A stretch of DNA of 52,960 nt, the filler included, from Porpidia crustulata (taxonomy: Eukaryota): the NCBI GenBank assembly GCA_964255105.1. It is 3 parts of 3 records of this genome, joined end to end, with 100 filler letters (N's around TTAATTAATTAA, not from the genome) between each part and the next. Parts side by side here need not be neighbours in the genome. Positions count along the whole stretch, not along the records: positions 35,392 to 52,960 come from CAXUWE010000213.1; 2 more parts are not named here. One strand, 5' to 3'. The position numbers were made by a program, and so were the translations under genes. Each line of letters opens with the position of its first letter. Within the stretch, counting starts at the first letter, position 1. Positions 47,217 through 52,960 of the stretch are shown here, one piece after another. The notes under the pieces were generated by a model, which made no database searches, was not told where the DNA came from, and saw only the letters and a list, made by a program, of their open reading frames with translations.

Positions 47217-49796
47217 CTACCTCCTACTTCCCGCAACCTGGCTTTCCCCCTCCTCATCCTCTTCCTCCACCGGCGCCGGAGTCCGTCGCTCATTTCTCCT
47301 CTTTGGTCTTCTCACTCGACTTCTGGAGACACAGCTCGCACTGTCGTCGGGTGCAATCTCGCTCATCCCATCGTCGATCCCATCGTCGGTCTCACTATCC
47401 CATCCATGGCCGCCTCCTATTCCACTGGCCGGGGTTCCCAGCCTGGCGTCTAAGTTGCAGCTGCCCCTTCGAGCCTGGTTCGCCATTGACAAACCCGCAC
47501 CACGCTCACGAAGCTGCCGGCGAACCATTTCGGCTTTGCAGTGCAGAGCCTCGAAGGCGTCTTCAAGGGCCTCCATACCGAGATAGATTTCGCGCTCGAC
47601 CTCAGCCAGGACTTGGATCTCCGTTTCTTCGTCCAGAGCCACTGGTGCACCGATAGAGGCAGGAGTGGGTCCACGAGAAAAGGGCGTAGCACCTTGAGAA
47701 AAAGGAGTAGTTCCTCGCGAGGGTATTGCTGCTGGTGTAGCATCTCGAGAAGGCTGGCGAGAAACTGAGTGGCTGGGTACCTGGATGGAATCGTCGGCAC
47801 CGCTACGGAGGAAGCCGTCAAAGCGACCGGAAGTCAAAATTTCCCATTCGCCGTCACTAATAGCGGCAAGAGTGGCGAGAATGTTGTGGAGCGGTGGATT
47901 GATTAGGAGGTACATTGCAGATTCGGGCTCACGCGGAGGTTGCGCTAAGCGGTAAAGGCGTTGGATTGCTAGACCGGTCTTCTGGAGCAGATCCGATTCT
48001 GGTACGATGAGTGGTGTGGAGGCTCGGGAAGCTGGCCTGCTTGGTACAACGCCTAACAAAGTTGAGAAGATTGGCCGTTGCTCTGGCAGAAGTCGAGTGA
48101 GTATTGCAAAGGCAAGTGTCTCATTGTCAATATCTTGAGGGGGACTAGTCGGGTTTTCGGGTTGAGTTGCAAGCCAACGATCAACAGCCTGCTTAGTCTT
48201 TTTAGATTGCTGAATGTAGTGATCGCGGAAATCGTCATGTACATCAATGTCAAGTTTCTGCATGGGCGGCTGATGCTCGTCCACAGAGATACCAAGCCCA
48301 AGTTGAGAAGGATTCAGGGTAAAAGCTGGCCACGGCGGTAATTCTTGTCGCCCACAGACGTATTCGAGGATCTCACCCCAGCTAACACCTCTTTCGTCTT
48401 CGTCTTGGCTACTAATAGGCTTCAACTGACAGACAATGCATCCACAAGTCTCGGATGAGATGTCTCTGGCAAAGACGGCCTCTAGTCTATCAAGTAAGCG
48501 CCGGGCGATGGAGCGATATCCTGTAGCTACGGCGAGTGAGCCGCTTCGTGAGATGACAGTGGTATAATCATCTAGCAGATTATTGAAAGGTGCAAAGAAT
48601 CGGCTGACTTGTGTCGCTACCGAGGGTGGAACGGCTGAAGAGACCTGGGTAGGTTGTCCCGCACCTAGCAACGTTCTCGGAATATTCTGTGATAGGCCTC
48701 CGTTGAGCATTAGATAGTCTACTTTAGGTGCTAGGTATGGCATTACGGGAGGTGGAGGTGGAGGAGGAGGCATTGGAGAATCCACAAATGGACCAGTGTA
48801 ACCCATAATGCCATTACTCGTAAAGGCTGGTGTTTCCTTCCTACTCTGCGGAAATCGTGGTTCTGTAAGTGTTGGTGTCCTCGGCGAGGAGTCAGGGTCT
48901 GTCGTGGAGTCACCGTCTACGTGGGATGCAGCTGGTGGTTGTAAGCTTGGCTGGTTTGGAGCAATAGATGTCGCGTTAGAATCAATGGTAGAGGTTGACG
49001 GAGTATTTGTATCGGTGATCGTAGATTGTTCAGGTGAAGCTGATTTGTGGAGTTCTGTGGTAGAGAAGCTGTCCTCGATAGTGACGGGCTTTGGCTTCAA
49101 TTTTGAAGGTGTACTAGGCTTCGATCGCTTCGAAGATGGCGTGGACCGTTCTTCATCCCTGACAGAGTCCCGCTGGCTGATCTTTGATCTGGAACTTTGT
49201 GAACGGCGATCTGGTTTTCTGTCACCGAAAATTTCCGGGTCCCCTCGACCTAGTTTTATCTTTAATTTTGCGGCAGCCTTCTCTAGGTCAGTCTTCTTGC
49301 GATCAACCTTGGGTTTGTCTGATCTGATTTCTTGAACCTTGGTCCTTTGCTCCATTGTGGTCTCCGGTGGACTTGGAGGAGCCTCTCCGGTAGCCATAGG
49401 GATATCTTTGTCGTTGCTTACTTCCTTACTCTTATCAAGGTCTGTCGGATCTGGTGTGTAGTAGCTGCTCACAGGTCTTGGGTTGGCGACATTCTCGCGA
49501 CTCCCCACGGCTTCCTTGCTGTGTGCCTTGGAGAAGGAGGGATATGGTAGACTTGTCTTACTGCCATTTGGCGATGTAGAGGAAAGCTGTCGCTCCAAGT
49601 CAGGTAGAGGTAAGGATGGTTTGCGTCTTGTTGGAGGGGGGGTATGGCTGGAGCTGCGCTCTAGGGCCGCCGGAGCTTTTGGCTGATCTTTCGACGACTT
49701 CCGGGATGATCGCGATGACCGATGACGAGGCTTCTCTTTTGGCCTTGTAGTCTCTGATTCGCGATCTCTCTCCTTCTCGCGGATCTTTGAAGGCAT
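47217..49796 (-). CDS. Conserved fungal hypothetical protein (859 aa); basic/Pro-rich disordered N-half, CxCxxC motif, C-terminal coiled coil
   Basis: Intronless ORF with PKVDYL..NGGL, RLEAVFARDISSETCGCIVC, SGRFDGFL and EVEREIYLGMEALEDAFEALH. Confidence 0.85.
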   Translation of the reverse strand: MPSKIREKERDRESETTRPKEKPRHRSSRSSRKSSKDQPKAPAALERSSSHTPPPTRRKPSLPLPDLERQLSSTSPNGSKTSLPYPSFSKAHSKEAVGSRENVANPRPVSSYYTPDPTDLDKSKEVSNDKDIPMATGEAPPSPPETTMEQRTKVQEIRSDKPKVDRKKTDLEKAAAKLKIKLGRGDPEIFGDRKPDRRSQSSRSKISQRDSVRDEERSTPSSKRSKPSTPSKLKPKPVTIEDSFSTTELHKSASPEQSTITDTNTPSTSTIDSNATSIAPNQPSLQPPAASHVDGDSTTDPDSSPRTPTLTEPRFPQSRKETPAFTSNGIMGYTGPFVDSPMPPPPPPPPVMPYLAPKVDYLMLNGGLSQNIPRTLLGAGQPTQVSSAVPPSVATQVSRFFAPFNNLLDDYTTVISRSGSLAVATGYRSIARRLLDRLEAVFARDISSETCGCIVCQLKPISSQDEDERGVSWGEILEYVCGRQELPPWPAFTLNPSQLGLGISVDEHQPPMQKLDIDVHDDFRDHYIQQSKKTKQAVDRWLATQPENPTSPPQDIDNETLAFAILTRLLPEQRPIFSTLLGVVPSRPASRASTPLIVPESDLLQKTGLAIQRLYRLAQPPREPESAMYLLINPPLHNILATLAAISDGEWEILTSGRFDGFLRSGADDSIQVPSHSVSRQPSRDATPAAIPSRGTTPFSQGATPFSRGPTPASIGAPVALDEETEIQVLAEVEREIYLGMEALEDAFEALHCKAEMVRRQLRERGAGLSMANQARRGSCNLDARLGTPASGIGGGHGWDSETDDGIDDGMSEIAPDDSASCVSRSRVRRPKRRNERRTPAPVEEEDEEGESQVAGSRR

Positions 49797-52700
49797 GTTC
49801 GGGGCTTCACGTTAGAGCGTGGGGTAAGTGAAGTGAGGCGGGGTTGTTCAAACTTTCCCACCCGTAGGCAGTTGATCGCGAGACAGGAGGATTGAAGAAA
49901 GCGAGGGCCTAATGAAGTGGTATAAGTCCCGCAAGTGTATAAGCATACACTTATGGTTGGAAATAAGGTCACTGCCGTCGCATGGCTGTCCTAGCGAGAG
50001 CTAAGAAGTGAAGTGAAAGGAAGCTGTGGGCGTGCGAGGCAATCATGTAATTCGTAACCTTATGCCGTAGGGTATTCCAGACACGTGGGAGAGGACTAAG
50101 TTAAAGAGAGACTTATGAGAAGTATATTCATAGAATTGAAAAATTTTGCCAGAGACTCTGTGGTCTGCTGAGATCGTTCGTGAGTTGTCGTTTGTTGGAT
50201 TGAGGGCGCTAATACTGCGCTTTTGGTCTGTCAAGTCAACCACAATTCCGCTTTTCCACCACCCTCAACACTTCCACTTCCTCTACCTACACACTACACC
50301 ACCACTACACCATCTCGTCTACCCTCGATCTGACAGTCATCATTCCACCTCCGCCTCAATCACTAAAAAATTGACCATAGTTGGACACATCTCCTTACAG
50401 CTTCGTGGTGCCATCGGTTCGCCAACCACGAATGTCCTTGTTCGTAGCAGCAGTACTGCGCATGGTGCGTCACCACGAGCATGAGAGCTTCTAAACCGCG
50501 TTGAGATACCTTTCTCAAACTTGCGGTGGAATTCACTCTTGGAATACTACTGGATAGCGGTTACGAAACACTCCACAACGAATTCGAAGCTGGTGCCCCA
50601 CAATCTCATGGTATAGGGTTATGCGGGTGTGCCTTGGGCAGCTCTACTGCCATTGGTTTAGCATGTGCACCGGTCGATGCCTTAGAACACCCACTGGCTT
50701 TCACTACCTTGAAACTATTTTCATTGGGTTCCGAATTGGACGTCCTATGTCCAACGGCAGTCGTTCCCATTGCATGCCTCATTTTCTTCTGCTGCACTTC
50801 TAGCGTAATGTCTCATCGAAATCGATCACTAAGGCCACCAGGTAGGCCACATTGATATCGCAACACCGTCCCTCTAAAATGTCCTCGTACGCTATATACA
50901 AATGTTACCCGTCAACCTCCGCACCATTATTCATTATTCCAAAGCTAAACTAAGTGTGAGGTGGGACCTTGTCCTTGACAGCACTTCCTTGTCTTCGCAG
51001 ATTGCCCAATGTCATAAGTATCACAAGTTCACTTTGAGACTTTCATCGTATGGCCGGCAGCTTTTTAAACTCGCTTGCTGCCCAGATTGTCCTAAGGTAA
51101 CCCCAGTACTCTTTCTTTGGGTTCCATGGCCTAGTCCTGGAATTCGACTACTACATATGGGTGAAAGTTTCCTTTCAGTTCCTACATTTTGCACCTCTCC
51201 TCAATGTACCGTCACGGCCAGCTTTTCCTAGAACAACGTGAAGACTGTTCTTTCTCAAGGATTCAGAAACCTAGTCCCTCTCATACTCTCTTTGCTGCAC
51301 TCAACGAAGTGGATAGGCCTCTGCAACACTTTTACCCACTTCGAGGAATCCAGGACTACGAAAAGACGGTTTAGTTGGATTCTACGGTAGCTATCCTCAT
51401 AGACTTACCTGAACCTATCGCAGACATTGTATGAAATGTAGGTGGAAAACCCTCGGCACATAAGGGGATTCATCAGTGCATTCGTGATTTAGCATGCGCC
51501 AATCCGAAATATGTCCGGGAATCTTCGTAGGTTGCACAGTGTCCCTACATAGTGAAAGCTTCCCATGGTCAAGACAATCTGCAAAAAGCTCTCTAGATTC
51601 CTTGTCAAGATAGTTTGAGACCTATGCAAAAAATCTACCTGAGTATTGTCTCTGGAGAATCCCTGAAAGTCAACACTCGATAGTCGTTCCGTGCTATCTG
51701 GCTGCTCTCCTACGGCGTAAGAGCAAGCTTTATCCTTAGGCTCCGCGATTCGTGTAAAAACCATTAATAGTTTCTCAATGGCATAATGAACAGGGAGGTT
51801 GTGTTTCTTGCTTGCATAGATTACTCTCGGTGAAATAGAATATTGATAGCAGAAGTTCGATTTGATGGATCGTTCACACGTCCGAAGACGTAGGTCCGTC
51901 ACATTAGGTTTTCCAGATGTGCTCATTGACAGATAATCTCAGCCGAATGCTCCTTTTGACTCTGTGTCTCCACATCGTGCCCCGAGAGAAATTCAGATTC
52001 CAGTGAGACTCCAGTATAGGAATACCATCAAGATTTCAATTGGGATTATCGCCATTGTTGTCGCTGAATGTCTCCGCGCTCAATATCAAATGTTTCACGC
52101 ACTCTAGAGGGCTACCTTCACATTCCCCGGGATTTTGACCCATCCCAGCTAGGCCTATTGATATGGGCAAGCCATTTTCATGCCACTAATGTACTTCAAT
52201 GCTGGGAGATGTCAGAAGACTCGCATTCCTATTCTTCTTACTGCGATCGAAGTCCAATGGATCGACAAGAGCTAGAACAGGCCAAGTATCTACAATAAAG
52301 TCTAGAACCCCAAACCGCACAGTCGAAAATCAATCTTACAGAATTTAGGACCGTGGAGAGATTCCGCCCCTTACGTAGGTCTATGATTCCTTTGCCGAAA
52401 GCTTTATCGGTCAAATCCCACCATCTCAAGGGCCAGTCACCCAGTCTGAAGAATCAGTGTCTCCGTCCATAAATTTCATCCAAAGCCCCGGAATCGAATG
52501 CCAGCAGATCAAAGGGCGACGGCAACATCAAGGGCCTGATTGCGTTGTTCCCACTGGATGACTCCGACCTTTTCATCGTGACCGCTTGAATATGTAGACT
52601 TTATATTCAGTCGTGCTACTGTTCAACAACGCGAGGATTCTCTTCGAGTGATCATCGAAGCTCATATACACCCATCGGAAATCCGAGCCTTTCATCTAAG

Positions 52701-52960
52701 CTACATCTTGAGAAAACAGACGATTCGACTTCGCCGCTGCGGATTATTATCCGCAATACCACTTTTTGGGTTTGATTTTGTGTTTTAGAGGAATGCAAAT
52801 TCGCATAGCGGAAAATTCGCAAGATTTTAATGTAAAGCAATGCCATCTATTTATCACTTCGAAAAAAAAAGAGTTGAAGGAAGAATCAGGTCTTCAGCCC
52901 TCCGTACCCTTTCCTATTCCCATTTCAAAACCTAGCAAACCCCCTCAACCCCCACTTTCC

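Noticed and set aside
47096..47656. 186-aa His/Arg/Pro-rich plus-strand ORF with short repeats
   Set aside because: Antisense to the acidic tail of the 859-aa gene; the repeats are DDG codons.

Overview
Eukaryotic, intron-rich DNA from a filamentous ascomycete (Pezizomycotina). It is three contigs joined by artificial 100-bp linkers (N44-TTAATTAATTAA-N44 at 17619-17718 and 35292-35391), so adjacency across the linkers is not established. Contig 1 (1-17618) is an accessory, decaying region. It holds an intact PD-(D/E)xK-like hypothetical gene and a nest of three small mobile elements (a foldback, a TTAGGG-containing MITE and a solo LTR). It also holds a CLC channel pseudogene and what looks like a dying metabolic gene cluster: 2OG-Fe(II) dioxygenase pseudogene, internally deleted acyl-CoA ligase, ABCG/PDR pseudogene and Dal5-type MFS permease. 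Many of its lesions are compatible with CpA->TpA change. Contig 2 is housekeeping: Gemin2/Brr1-like, SEC21, phosducin-like, Yap/Fcr3-like bZIP, HAD hydrolase, a conserved hypothetical gene and casein kinase I, plus two MITEs. Contig 3 has a giant (~3176 aa) DUF3638/DUF3645-type protein with SF2-helicase-like motifs and an 859-aa conserved hypothetical protein. Family names come from motif recognition, not database searches.
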